A stretch of DNA of 61,677 bases, filler included, from Choristocarpus tenellus KU-1152 (taxonomy: Eukaryota > Protista > Phaeophyceae): the NCBI GenBank assembly GCA_964200185.2. It is 11 parts of 11 records of this genome, joined end to end, with 100 filler letters (N's around TTAATTAATTAA, not from the genome) between each part and the next. Parts side by side here need not be neighbours in the genome. Positions count along the whole stretch, not along the records: positions 21,830 to 30,485 come from CAXNAD020004470.1; positions 30,586 to 35,144 come from CAXNAD020014009.1; positions 35,245 to 37,940 come from CAXNAD020025569.1; positions 38,041 to 41,994 come from CAXNAD020016954.1; 7 more parts are not named here. One strand, 5' to 3'. The notes beneath the pieces were generated by a model. The model did no database searches. It saw only the letters and a list, made by a program, of their open reading frames with translations, and was not told where the DNA came from. The translations under genes were made by a program, and so were the position numbers. Of the stretch, positions 24,901-38,501 are shown in pieces (within the stretch, counting starts at the first letter, position 1; each line of letters begins with the position of its first letter).

Positions 24901-27368
24901 GTATTTGATATATGGTTATTGGTGGGTTGTAGAGAAGATGCAGGGTAACAGCATAGATATTCGACTAATTACAAAATACATAGGATACCTCCAGGGCGTA
25001 GGTCTTAAAATTATGACCAGTTAGGTGTGGATGGATAGGTGGTGTGGATCTGTGTGAACGCATATTTTATAGACTTAATGGTCTTCTACTCTAATAATAA
25101 TACATTTCTTCCAACTGGACAGGTGGAATTATTGTGTGGAGGCAGCACTACTTGTGTGAAAGGGGGGTACATGACTGAAAGTAGGATGTTCAAAGTAAGA
25201 TGAAAATTGAAGCATAGAACACATTCTAGTCCTGGAGTAATTTCGTGTGGTATATATATATATATACTACATACTTTTCAAAATATGTGCGATGTACTCG
25301 GTATACATATTATATCATGTAGTATGTAGTAGTAGGACTCTACATCATACACACCACACACTTGCACAGTATATTATTCTAGGATACATGGCATCTCATA
25401 CGCAAAACAGCAGTAGTAGCAGTCAGTGCATATTGCCTTCTTTGGGGTTTGCTAGTCTATTAATACATTTGACCCAAACCAATCGAGAGGTAGGCACGCT
25501 TGGACCCTTTTGCATCCTAAGTCATCTTTCTTACCCATTACTGCAATACACTCTATTATTGCATTGTTTTATGTCCACAATGGTATACGCAAAATTGATA
25601 TTCCCCCTTTCCACTCACAACGTGACACCACAATTCAGCAAAAAAAGCTCTTTCAGCAATTAATTGTACAAAATGTAATATTTCTTGCCCTTCTTTCTTG
25701 AGATCCTTAAAATGGAACCCTACCTACCTCTCAGTTGGTTTGACTCTTTTTGAGCATGGGTCTGGGATCGTTCAGACTACTAATGTCGTGACCACAATAA
25801 CACTTCACAGTAAACCCGTATTACTTTATCCCTACAGTAAAAGGGAGAGAAAAAAATAGCCAAACTCAGAATGGTTTTGTGAGGAATCATATATAAACGC
25901 CTGACTAATTAGATTCAGGTCAAAAATAGCAAAAACCGAGCTAGACGAAACGACGTTTTCACCACTCTCACTCGTAACTCGAGTTACGAAACTAGCAAGA
26001 ACGTAGGACATCCGATCTTCACCGTTGCAACAAAAAGGAGAACAGGCGCACTTGATCACTCACCTATTGTAGTTGCACAAGTTGTAGGTGTGTGGGTGCA
26101 CGGGTGAAAACGTTGGATTCGGGGCAGAAGCAGGCATCAGGATAACTAGTGGGTAATATTATGTCTATACAGGTTGCCAAAGAGGGGAATAAGCGTGTGG
26201 GAGATATGAGCGGTGCCGAGATCCGACAATGTGTCCTTGGTGAGAAAGTAAACCCGCCCTTCCCCATCTGATCCTCGAACCCATCTCCTGGGTATGGAGA
26301 AACCGCTGTGCAATTATCGCAATCTTACTTCTGCTCGCTTCACCTACCTGATAACATATTTATTGTTGCACGTTTCGAACAATCGCACAGATATCATAGG
26401 CTGGTTCAAGCGGTCATCCAATTGCCTGGACGACACGAGGGGAGCGCGGAATGCAGGTGACTTTAGCAGGTTGCGTAGTGATAGACCCATGGGGATGGCT
26501 GCCTGGAGCGAAAGAATTGTGTAGTACGTGGATTATCATTATATCTACACATATCCTCCCAGATGTATGATGACTGAAATTTCTAAGCAACGAACCTCTT
26601 TCATCCCTCTCAATCAACACGTACATGTGATGGACAGATATAGAGTCTTTAGAAAAGACAGTGGGAGATGGGATGCCAGAGGTGAGCGGATATTGTCGGA
26701 TTTTTCCTTCTATTACAATTTACTATTTACATGTTGAGGGGGTTGTTGGGCCATGTCTGTCAGAGTGACATTCTGTACACACACACAACTGGGCGATGAT
26801 CAACCACGTTATACATTTGAATGAGAAGATACTAGATATATTTGTGGCCCCTCACTGGTGATTCTGCAGAGGAAAAATGCTTCTTGGATTTTAATGATTG
26901 AACCCTCCTCCTTGATACAATTTCTACTAACCACAACTATATTTTGCACTACCTGTGTGCAGGGTTTGCAAGCACTCCTGGAAGAACAGGACGGGGGAAT
27001 ATGGTTTGCGGATAAACAGGCCTTGGGATGTCAGGTATGTTTTGGTGTTAGGCAACCAAGGGCCACCTCTCTTGAAACGTGACTAGATCGACTTTCCAAA
27101 TTGAGCTGTGCTAAACAATACCTAAAACACTCGATTGGCCTAATAGTCGAAGACACAAATGAGTAAGCAGCAGTGTGCACATCCTACCCTTCTCCGAGGA
27201 ATGGGGACAACCAGCTTACAATTGCGAGCTCTATTGCAGCTCTAAGAAAACAAGTGCATGCGACGAATCACCATTCCAACATGCATGCTTGGTCCAACTG
27301 TTGATATCCTCAAGAAAGAGTATAAACTAATTTTATCTTACAGTTAAGGTGTACTATTGTCCAATAGT

Positions 27369-27627
27369 GAGTGAAAGTATCTTAGAGGGTATGAGGTTTG
27401 CCCTGTTTATCCATTTGGGGCTTGGCTTCCCATGGGTTCTTTTATGACATTTTCCTACTCCAAAATGTTTCAGAGTAGGGAAAGTGTGTACACTATGAAA
27501 ATGTGTTTCCGAAACATGGATATTGATACTTCCTAACAGACACGATAGCCAAAATTACATCAAAATCGCAACATTAGATATTAGCCCTCAAATGGACGCG
27601 GCTCTACCCTCTAAGATACTTTGGCTC
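27369..27627 (+). mobile_element. MITE family B, full-length (259 bp)
   Basis: TIRs GAGTGAAAGTATCTTAGAGGGTA / TACCCTCTAAGATACTTTGGCTC; homologous to 30837-31094, 40053-40310, 10211-10543 and 46130-46302. Confidence 0.92.
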
Positions 27628-27703
27628 GTAAGCGCCAACTGACGATGCCACACAGGACCGAACAACAAAAAAAAGAAGTGCATCATACTCCTTTGGTTAC
27701 AAA

Positions 27704-27746
27704 CACACCAACACCAACACCAACACCAACACCAACACCAACACCA
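27704..27746. repeat. (ACACCA)n microsatellite
   Basis: Direct inspection. Confidence 0.9.
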
Positions 27747-30307
27747 CTGCGAAAGGGCGTTCAGCAAGAAATGAATCATGATCCCAAATCCAACATTCAA
27801 CACGGGACACGAACTTGGTTGTTTGTGCTACTCAACTCCCGCTACGTCTGTCTGCCACCAATCTCTCCCGCCTCACTGCTTAATGTGCATGATCAACAAA
27901 CAAACAAAAGTGCCAGAAGCTTACGGACAAGAACCTCCTGTGCACGTGGAGGGGATCACGGGCGCTCAATAGATTCATCCGTGGATACGGACCCGGTTCC
28001 GTAGACCCGGATGTACTGGCAGTTCACAACAGGAGTCGACGGCAGCGCGCCCATTCGCTCTGTGCGCCAGAGAGGCTTCATGCGGCTAGGGTAAGTCCCC
28101 TCATCAGCCCTTTTCGACGTGATACCCTACCACCACAGGCAGTCACGCCCTATGTTTATGTTCTCGGTATATTATCAACGGTTTCAGTCAGTCGCATCAA
28201 GTGAGACAGATACTTTTGTGAGATTTCATCTTCTCCAAAAAAATTCTTGGAAGAACTTTTGAACTGTGTTTGGTGATACGTACATGGTAGTAGTGGTGCT
28301 GACCTTCTGCGCAATGCACAGACAGAATGAGTGTTGAGAATTTCTTGTGCACGTGAGTAGATTCCTGGTGACTTGTTCGTATTTCCTTTCCTTTACCGCA
28401 ACCGTACTTCCGTATCTCCACAGCAGCAGAATAGCGTGATGCTTGACTTGCATTGATTGAGGTCTCCATATTTTCCAACGGGGCTGGGGTACTTAGTGTC
28501 GTGAATCGGAAGCATCTGTGGATGCTAATGAGTCAGAGTAAAGGAGAGGCACTCAGAGTTTCATTGCAAGAGTGCTGGCAAATACGTGCAAAATTTGGCT
28601 TCTTTTTTTTGTTTTTTACCAATGCATACGCTACTTCAGTACAAGATAATTTCCGAATTGTGTTGAAAGGTTTGAAACGGTAGAGATAAGAGAAATGAAA
28701 TCCTGCAAGCTAAACTTATCGCTTCATCCATCGATGTGGGTGAAATGACACAAGATTGAAAAACTGGCTAATAATGCAGAACGGTCATAAACTGGGGTGC
28801 CCTCTGGTTCGCTCTCGCTCAATTTTACGTCACACGACTCTGACAATTATCCCAACCCCTGGTAGAGGCACTACACACTGCCCTACTTCTCATACTAACA
28901 CTAAAACTAATTTTACCGTCTTCACTCCTGCCTCGGTTCTCATGCGTTGGGTTCAGCTCTCCCACCACTCATTGTTCCACCTCCTCACTCAAGTATTCTG
29001 CCCGACCCACCCTGAAGTTTCCACCTTGATCTTGGCCCGGGTTTTTTGTGGTACTGCAAGAGATACAATAAGTGCAGATGCCAAATCCGTTGAGTGTGAC
29101 AGGTGGAATAGCACAATCAAAACCAGATTTCTGTGAAAGAAGTCAGGTGTCAAAGTGATTCGAACCCATGGATATAAGTTTAGTTGGCTCTAACATATTA
29201 TATACTCAATCATAAAAAATTTTAAGTCCAATCAGTGCATGAATTGAACCTTGCGAATTGCTAAGCTCCATGAGCAGAGCACGCATTCACATTGAAATCC
29301 CAACCCTAACCAATCCAAATTTATCTCTCAAACTTCACAACTTCGATTGATTGTGATTGAATCAAATCATAGCCTTCAATAGGTACAATTCAAAATATAG
29401 CTATAATTTTAATCTTCCACACACGCCTGACCTAATATTTGATAAACTTTCTATCAATACCGTAAAGGTGACATGGGAGCATCGACACAAGGCTCTGACC
29501 ATGCTGTTGAGGGCTGCTAGACGAAAGGGTCACCCAATACAGGGTGATTCTATGCTATGGACAAGGCGGACAGAACACTGGGGGGTCATAGGACAGGGTG
29601 AGAGGAAGATGGCTACACCGATTCAGCTGCATCGGAGTGCCAAGCATATAGCCCGGCGGATGCAGAAACTCAAGTGAGAATCCTGCCCCCCACTACAGTA
29701 AAATCTTCTCATTATTGCTTGAATTCATTGCGAAGTTTTCCCACCACCCTTCCAATCCTTTCCTGCCACCACAGTCCCCCCCCCCTCTGTGTTGAACTTG
29801 TGATAGACGAAACACTTCCGCTAGGTCTGAAAATCAGGGGGGCAATAATAGGGTTGCAGTTCTTGACGAGAATCCAGCCTTGCCTGAAAGATCTCCTGTT
29901 CAGTATGGGCTACTGTAGACAGGTCTTTGGTCATACCTTCCTGACACCTCATGCAAGATCACAAGAGGTTTAGGCTGGAGAAGTACCCTTCTACTCAAGA
30001 GTATTTTTAAATAGTGCAACATATAGCCACCAAATCATTTCAACACAAGACTATACACACTACACTCTGGGAGTATATTAATGGGGTATATTACAACCAA
30101 AAATCGGCTTCTTAAATTGTTACGAGGCGTGCTAAACGTGACCAAAAATCTGTTGGGTTTTTTTCCAAAAGAATTTCTGGCACCATCTAGAAGTGCTGTG
30201 TTGCTGAATGTGTGCAGCCCTCTAGATCATTGGAAGGAATCCATGCTTTATACAGAGTGCAACAGATAATGCAGGGTTTACCTTTAGTTGGGATGGAATT
30301 TCACAAT

Positions 30308-30485
30308 GGCTCAAAGTATCTGGGGGGGTGGGGGTGGCTGTCCATTTGGAGAATTTTTTTCATGTCGCGATTTTTGGGTGATTTGGTTGCATATGTCGGA
30401 TGGATAATGTAAATGCACTTTTCCTGATTTCGGTCCAAATGGACAACCTGGTGTAGACCCTCTCCCACCATCCACCCCCCTCCCC
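30308..30485. mobile_element. MITE family A, near-complete copy cut at contig end
   Basis: GGCTCAAAGTATCTGGGGGG...GTCCATTTGG...CCAAATGGACAACCTGGTGTAGACC aligns with 6165-6349. Confidence 0.9.
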
Positions 30486-30626
30486 NNNNNNNNNNNNNNN
30501 NNNNNNNNNNNNNNNNNNNNNNNNNNNNNTTAATTAATTAANNNNNNNNNNNNNNNNNNNNNNNNNNNNNNNNNNNNNNNNNNNNTATTTTATTTTTTTC
30601 TTTTTTTCGCCCGCAAGCGGGCCGCT

Positions 30627-30669
30627 GGGGTCCCCCCCCCCCCCCCCCCCCCCCCAGATACTTTAGGCC
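30627..30669. mobile_element. MITE family A terminal fragment
   Basis: PolyC-AGATACTTTAGGCC near a contig start. Confidence 0.6.
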
Positions 30670-30836
30670 AGTTGTGCTTGGGGTGTGATTTAACAGGATA
30701 TGCATGCCATGTAGACTTACCTCGTTGACTTGGCCTCATTTTCGAGGGAGCTACGAACTCTGAATTCAATCTATAGCCTATCGATTGTCCAACAAGCCCT
30801 TTTAACTGATACTGAGTACAATATTTAAACAATGTA

Positions 30837-31094
30837 GAGTGAAAGTATCTTAGAGGGTACGAATTTTGCCCTGTTTGTACATTTGGGGCTTGGCTTCCCA
30901 CGGGTTTATGACGATGTTTTACCTGTTCCAAAATGTTTCGGGGTAGGTAAAATGTTTATGTCGTGAAAGGAAGTGTCCAGAACAAGGATATTGACATCTC
31001 CTAATGAACATGATAGTCAAAATTACATGAAAGTGTAACATTGGATTTTGGCCCTCAAATGGACGCGGCCGTACCCTCTAAGATACTTTGACTC
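30837..31094 (+). mobile_element. MITE family B, full-length
   Basis: TIRs GAGTGAAAGTATCTTAGAGGGTAC / GTACCCTCTAAGATACTTTGACTC. Confidence 0.92.
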
Positions 31095-34000
31095 GTACAC
31101 ATCTGTTGTCCCGGGAAGACTCTCAAATAGTGAGATGGTCGAGTAATCCCGTTTTGCAAGCCCTCCCTCCTAGATCACCTCTTTTTTTTCTGGCACACGC
31201 CATCTCCCTAAACCCATTGGTTGTTATCTCTTATTTACAGTACTATCCTTTGCACCATGCTGAATGTCTGTATTTTGGTTTATTTACCCTTATCTACCGT
31301 CCTCAGCCATCCCACATCACCAATACTTATTTCAAAGCGCAACAGATCTTTTGAGATCGCTCAAGGTCTTCTTTTTTCAGGTGGAATGGGCTGCGCGATC
31401 ACTTAAACATCTAGCAGATGGCGCTTTCTGATGGTAAAACTACTTATTACCCTTAGGATCTAGCGATAGGTACTTACATCCTATACCTTACCCTCGTTGA
31501 TACCACACTCATCTCCACTCATAAGACATACCAAGCTGACCCTGTGGACCTTTTTTGTTGTGTTTAAGGTATCTCTAATGACTTCAAGGAGATGACTCCC
31601 GACCATACACCTAGGGGCTGGGGCTCAATAGGGAGTGCAGGATTATTTGTTCCAGACGAAAAGTACCAAGCATTTTTCTGCTACAGTCTGAAGCTGAGGT
31701 AAGAACTCGTGTACCCTCTGCCATATACTGTCTACCTCTTCACACTTCGAGATAATATTTATCCTCAAAGTATTTTTTCTACCAACTGACACTTTGCTAA
31801 TGTTTGGGAGAAAGAAACAAGAAGTAAAATAAAATTAACATCACAACATGTTTTATACTCCAAATCTTCTAAGTCCATGCAGTACAAGTCCGTTCAATGG
31901 ATATTGGTAGACCTGAAGTGCAGTTTAGTGTCTGGAAAATGTTAGACCTGTTGACCTTTACAGCAGTAAACATGGCAGTGGACATTGCAGTGAACTGTCT
32001 TTCCAAGCTGTGCACTAGTAGTATAGTTGTTGGCGTCTGCTTTTTGCTGCCCTTGTGGATTTGGTTCTGCCATTTTGAGAAGAGTTACGACCTGACCAAA
32101 TGCTCAATTGGCATCCAAGGTTTCTTCATTTTACTTATTATCAGGGTGAGTATGGTGTCAATTGCAACTTGTTCGTGTCATTGTATTAACTTCCAGCTGT
32201 ATGATCTCGGACACAACTGTTATTTAACAGTGCAGTAGTTTTCTCCAGATCGTTATCTCAGTGTGATTATTTGCTTGCAGTGTTGTTAATGGACTGGATT
32301 TGCCACTACTAGCATTTCAACAAACTAGCACAAGATATAAATATTGGAATAATTTGTTGAACTGGCCTTCTGTCACATGATCTCAAGACAAAGCAGAAGT
32401 ATAGGAGAGGATACGTTCAGAACTAGTTATTGGCGTTTTGAGTCGTAGATGTATTGTGAACTGGTTGGGCTATTCACCCAACCTTCGGTCAGCAGAATAT
32501 CCACAGTCAATTGTAATTAGTGCTATTATCTGGTTCGTGGCAGATGGCATGAATTCTGTGAGAGCAAAATGTTACCAAGCTGATCAGGTGCACTGCTGAG
32601 GGAGAAATCGAAAGCGGATCTGTGCCATTCTGCTTTACGTTTCTCGCAAAAAAATTTCATCATGGAGAAGTGTGGTTTGGATCTATTGATGTGCCACCTA
32701 TCCAAATTTCCATGAAATGAATATTGCATGTATGTTGGGTGTGCTTTAAATTTTGTAGTACTGTATGTGAATAATCAATTAACCAACACCTAACCTTGAC
32801 CTATCATTTTTTTCCACAAAAAGTTGATTTGACTGATTGTAATCTGTGACTGCTCAAAATTCTGACCCCTAGAGGGTGCAATCAGTGCATGCATGTTGGG
32901 ATAAGGATGTGTTTTTGCTCCTATTTTGATATATAGGATGTGTGAGTAGCTTGTGGTATTTGACGCCAGACCATGTAAGAGGACGAAAGACTGTTTTTCT
33001 GCCAGGTATTCATGCATACGACATCTATATCTGTTTGTGTCAATGTGCACCTGCTTCTGTGCTCTTTCTGAATAGGGCTGAAACAACTTCCTCCTCGCCA
33101 AGCCACTTTGGTGCTGATCTAGCTCAGGGTAGGAGTCAAAGCAACACTGGAGGAATTTTCCACCGAAATCTCCCCCCGCCAGGACCATCATATGCTTCAC
33201 GACAAGTGTCCACCAGTAGATTCCCACTTTCTAAGTTCTCAAATATGAGTCCTGGACATGCACTGTCAACAAAGATGTGGATGAGTGCTCCACTTCCTTC
33301 CCCGAACTTGCCTGGACGCCCCCCCCTCGCTCCTACTCCTCCTCGAGCCCGTGCCCCAGCTCGTGGTGATGGAAGAACTTACGGAACTGTAGGGGAGGGT
33401 GTGCAAGGTATTGTTAGTGGGGAGATTGAGGGGTGTTGGGTCTCGAAAATACACCAAGCTAATTCTGAGAGAGAGAACATAAAGGTAAGGAGGAATGTGG
33501 GGGTGAGAAGTTACCTCATGGATTTGATATTGACATGTGAGATGAGATGAGGGAATAGAAGATGCACAAGGGGTAAGATATATAACTAAAAAGATATGGC
33601 ACATGTACACATCATCATAACTTTACGCTGTCATGAGGCACCTGGATTGAAGTCGATCAAAGGAGTGTACCTTTTTGTGCCACTACCTTGTTGAAATCAA
33701 TGCAGATAAGTATTAATAGAGTAATTTGTGATCTGGTGTGTGGGCTGGTCTGACCTTATGCCCTGAAATAGTTGAGCTTTGATTATTGTAGACTGAGAGA
33801 ATGTGCACTCAACCATGTCTTTGAAAGAGGGAAGTTTCCTTTTTCACTATTGGATAACAACAGGGACATTGACGTAATTATTTTTTCTGGTCCATTCTCT
33901 CTTCCTGCCCTTGATGCCTCAGACACATCCTCCAACGACACCATCAGGAATTTGTTGGTGTAGTTGGGGGATGCACCCTTGCTCAAACGGAGAAAAACCC

Positions 34001-34911
34001 TCCCCATAAATGTTTCAGCCATGAATGTGGGGTTGAAAGTGCATTTCATTCCTCAATGAGTCATTAAGCGGAGAAAATGTACTCAAAGATGTGTGCATAC
34101 GGGCAGTGCATAAGATACAGCAATCAAGATTCAACTATTGGCTGCAAGAAACCAATTATGTTGGGCGTATTTTATACTGTGGTGATGGTCATCAATAGCA
34201 TTCTCGCTGAGGGTCACTAATGAAGACAAGAATTGTAGACTTACCCAAGTTATGATACAGGCAATGGTCCTATACGGAGGTGTCATGCAGCCATCACAAA
34301 TTTGTTGTGCATAATTTGGATGTGTTGCACTTCAGGTATTTTTATGTATGTTGTTCAGGGCAGGTCAGCCCACCTTTCAGAATTCAGGGCAGTCTTCATA
34401 TTTTTTACACAATTTTACAGCAATAATCCAAGTCAAGTGATGTTGATATTCTGACTTTTATCATCATCCACTCTCATGTTCAAGCATTGAGACCATAACG
34501 TAATCTAAATCAGGTGCGTTCAACTCAACACTAGAACACCGATTGCATGTTTTCCTTCAAACATCCACATGTGTCACCCTGCCAACCCTTTGTTCAGTCA
34601 CATGTAAGGAACAGGCAAAGCCCGTAGGAATCCCCTGTCCGCCAAGCTAAGCACTTTAACAACAACACCAACCCAATAAGTTCTCTCAACCCTCTCACTC
34701 TTTGTGATGTGTTACAGTTGAGTCAAAGTGCCTTTGCGTCTGCACCCACCACAAATTCTGAGGCCACTGGTGGGGGAAGGAGACAAGATGACTTAGCCTA
34801 TGACGCCCTCAGCCAGAATGTAAGATGTACGATCTTGATTTGGATTTTGTTTCATGGATCGAATTATTGGAGTTCCTGAAACATATATATATAGGGATAT
34901 CCCTATTTGAA

Positions 34912-35063
34912 GGCTCAAAGTATCTGGGAGGGGGTGGTTGGTGGCTGTCCATTTGGGGCCCATTTTTCCATGTCGCGATTTTTGGGCGTTTGGTTGCATG
35001 TGTCGGATGGATAATGTAAGTGCGCTTTTCCTAGTCAAGGCCCGAATGGACACTCTAGTATAG

Positions 35064-35110
<47 letters not shown>
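34912..35110. mobile_element. MITE family A copy running into polyC at contig end
   Basis: Aligns with 6165-6349 and is also preceded by TGAA. Confidence 0.9.
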
Positions 35111-35112
<2 letters not shown>

Positions 35113-35787
35113 CGCCCGCGCCGGGTGGGGGGGCGGCGGCGGGGNNNNNNNNNNNNNNNNNNNNNNNNNNNNNNNNNNNNNNNNNNNNTTAATTAATTAA
35201 NNNNNNNNNNNNNNNNNNNNNNNNNNNNNNNNNNNNNNNNNNNNCCCTCTGTGAATAAACAGTCAGAGGCCGTACATGTTAATCTCAAGCATCGCACACA
35301 GGTGCGTGTAGGGGGTGGCGGGGGATATTTGGTTGTATTGCTCAGACAATGAACATCAAAACCAGAGTTGATCTATAATTCATCAACACCAACAGCTACC
35401 TCTGAATAAAAACATCATCAGTTTGTTCCAATAACAACTTCAGCACTGGAACTTGAAAAATATGGTCAAGGGGCATGATTCACCAGTCCACCCCCCCCCA
35501 AAAAAAAAAACACAACAAAATTGCAACACACGAATTCCGCATGTATCAATTTTCCACACACGGCCTGTCTGTACCTTCCACTCAGGCCTGGGAATCACAT
35601 GCACATGTCAATCACCAGGAAAATTCTTGTCAAAGTATTGCAGCAAACAGAGTGAGTGCTGTTGGCAAGTTTGCAGGGTGATGACACACGCCAGCACAAT
35701 GTGACTAACCTGGTACAATACTGACAGTGAACCCATCAGCAACTTGAAACTGAGAAAATAAATAACCCTCCAGAACCACAAAAATAA

Positions 35788-35793
35788 ACACAT

Positions 35794-35824
<31 letters not shown>

Positions 35825-35878
35825 TACATACATAATACATACATACATACACATACATACATACATAATATATACATA
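35788..35878. repeat. (CATA)n/(CA)n compound microsatellite
   Basis: Direct inspection. Confidence 0.9.
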
Positions 35879-36905
35879 TGAATACCCTCATGTCCCCCTC
35901 TCCCCCTCTCCCCCTCTCCCCCTTGCCTCTCCCCCACCTACCTATCTCATACATAATTTACACATATTTCACCCACTGCACAGATCATTCAGTCACATTT
36001 TACGAACCAAATAAAAAATCTCCACATACAGAAAAAAAAGGGAGACACAATTATTTATTTATTATTATTGTGGGTGTAATAAAAAAACCCCGGTAACTGT
36101 CGCCATGATGGAACATCCAGATCACAGGGATGGTGGTTGTGTGTGTACGAAGATGTACTACCTCCCGGCACTTGAATGACAAACAGGAATGGCATCGTTT
36201 CACACACTATCTCTGCAGATTGGTTGTCCTTACCTCAACTGGAGCAAACAACAATAACATAAATGATAATAAGCAAACACAGGGTGAATTTTTTTTAAGA
36301 AGTGGCACCATAAGCCCCCCCTCCTTTCCCTCTGCTACACACTCAAGTACACATTCAAACAAATTAAATTGTAAATGAGTCAGAGAAGTATTGGGAGGTG
36401 AGATAAGAAAGGATCGGGAAAGTAGGTACATGCGCACAGGTCTTACAATCTAACTTTGCTTGCTTCCACCCTCTCCGAGTGCAACCTTTATCCCACCTCT
36501 TAACTCGCATCAAAATAAAGCATTAATATCCTGACCACAACAAAACAGGAGAGTAGAGAGACCCAGCGCAATAGGACTCACATACACAAATTAAATTAGC
36601 ACAGCAGAACACAACTCTCTGTTCAAGACTTTCAATTCGTGCTCATGGTTATGCCCTAACCCTAACCACAAATTCGACCTTCGTGTTCAAGTTGTACACC
36701 AAAAAATACTGCACAGTAGCTGCCGTGTGAAGGGCTCAGGGATATTCATACTAGTAACATGTTTTTTTAGAGCCAACGCACCAGTCATTACAAAAAAAAA
36801 ATGTTTTTAATATGTCATTTCAAGTTGCTGTTAGGTTTTTTTTAAATCCAAAACATTTTTCTTAAAAAAAAAAAAAACTCGCCCCCCACCCCCTCACTCC
36901 CTCAC

Positions 36906-37316
36906 CACTCGTGCCGCATCAAGATGCGCATCCGAAGCTTCGTTATCGCCCGTCATGCTCCTCAGCAGTGACAGCATCAGCAGCACCCTCACCAGCTCCA
37001 CGCGAGAGCTCTTCACATCCCCAGCATTCCCCATTGTGACCTGTGCCCCTCCACCTGCACTCGCCTCTACACCTGTGCATGGTCCCATCTCCATCCCAAC
37101 TATTTCCTCTGTTCCTACCCCACCAATTGCCCCCAGCTCCAGAGCTGTCCCCGTTCCAGGACCGGTCCCAGCGCCAGTTTCCATCCCATTCCCAGCATCA
37201 AGCTTCGCCTTAGACCCCATCTCCAAGTGTTCCCGTGCCTTAATCTGTTCAAGAAACTGCTCAAGGTTTTTGTCAGCCAAGGTAGCGTACTCACCCGCAT
37301 CATCGGGTTCAGCTCC
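36906..37316 (-). CDS. Internal exon of an unknown host gene (helical segments flanking a Gly/Thr-rich insert)
   Basis: (CT)n tract plus TAG acceptor, then a 411-nt open frame GAEPDDAGEYATLADKNLEQFLEQIKARE...VELVRVLLMLSLLRSMTGDNEASDAHLDAARV, then a GTGAGG donor. Confidence 0.7.
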
Positions 37317-38040
37317 CTACTCCAAAAGAGAGAGAGAGAGAGAGAAGGGTTTGCACAAGATCGGGAAAGGCGACATACGGTAGCAGCACCGTGTTAGCAC
37401 CTTGGAGTACAGTGTAAGAAAAAAATAAAAAGAAGGAATAGGTCGAATTCCAACGAACAAACAACTCTAGCGATCTCATTTATTTTTTTTAAGAAAAACC
37501 CTCCAGGACGGACCAGAAAAAGCTCAAAGCATGCACATGTACAGGGGAGGAGTTCCAGGATGGAGAATAAGGCGTGCGTCAATTGGTACGTACACAAACC
37601 CTGCTTGGTGCTAAGGCAGAGAGTGAACAGCTGGGGCTAGCGGGGTCAGACGGCAGAGTCAATCCTGCACGACAAAGTAAAATCTCTTCCTGCCCCTTCT
37701 ATAAACAGTGCACACATCACTTTCCTTGGGGCTCTCCGTGTCTCTTTTCTTAAGCACGAACGTGGCCCCTTGCATTCTACAATAAAAAAAATGTTCAACA
37801 ATATTGGACGTGAGCTTGCATGGAAAAAAATGTAGAATATGATACCAAAGATCAGGTAGGTACAAGGGTAGGAGCTTAGGGCTGGTTAGAACTTATCCGA
37901 GACAGGGTCAACGATCCGATCCGCACGTGGGGGGGGAGGGNNNNNNNNNNNNNNNNNNNNNNNNNNNNNNNNNNNNNNNNNNNNTTAATTAATTAANNNN
38001 NNNNNNNNNNNNNNNNNNNNNNNNNNNNNNNNNNNNNNNN

Positions 38041-38501
38041 GGGGAGGGGAGGTCAAGTTACGGTGGGGTAGATGTCTTCTTGGATGATTGTGGAGTGATG
38101 TTGAGTGGTGTGAGAACTGCTGTGGGGTTGAGGGGAGTAGGAACTTGTGTGGGTTGAAAGGATGACTGGCAATTAGTGACGAAGGGCATTTGCACTGGTT
38201 GGTCATCGAATGGGATGGCTGGCAATCAGTGACGAAGGGCATTCGCACTGGTTGGTCATCAAATGGGGAATAGAGGATAGAGGAATAGCAAATTAGGAAT
38301 GAGAAAATAATAATAATAATCCAGAATTCGTAAGCAAAACAAATCAGCATTTATTCTGTAAGGCTACTAATGTATTACTATTCTCGTATACTGCTCGCGC
38401 TTGTTAAAACACGATGAACAATGCTCGCACTATTCGCCTGTAACAAATGCTTGTGTTTGCTAAAACATGAGAAAAAATGCTCGCGCTATTCGCCTGTAAC
38501 A
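38041..38501 (-). mobile_element. LTR-like repeat family D (begins TGTTACAGGCG on minus strand), inserted into a Copia 3' LTR
   Basis: 38340-38501 matches 58656-58817 and 38041-38345 matches about 60220-60612. Contains AATAAA on the minus strand and an internal 56-bp-period duplication. Confidence 0.7.

Noticed and set aside
27973-28090. CpG-rich exon candidate ending in a GTAAGT donor
   Set aside because: Two plausible frames, weak acceptor and no partner exons.
29145-29260. tRNA gene (GGTTCGAATC B-box on the minus strand)
   Set aside because: No cloverleaf or A-box can be built; at most a SINE relic.
31850-34500. Longest ORFs (32942-33550, 32790-33227) as genes or a Helitron/viral remnant
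   Set aside because: Low-complexity or stop-interrupted frames with no recognisable motif or splice support.
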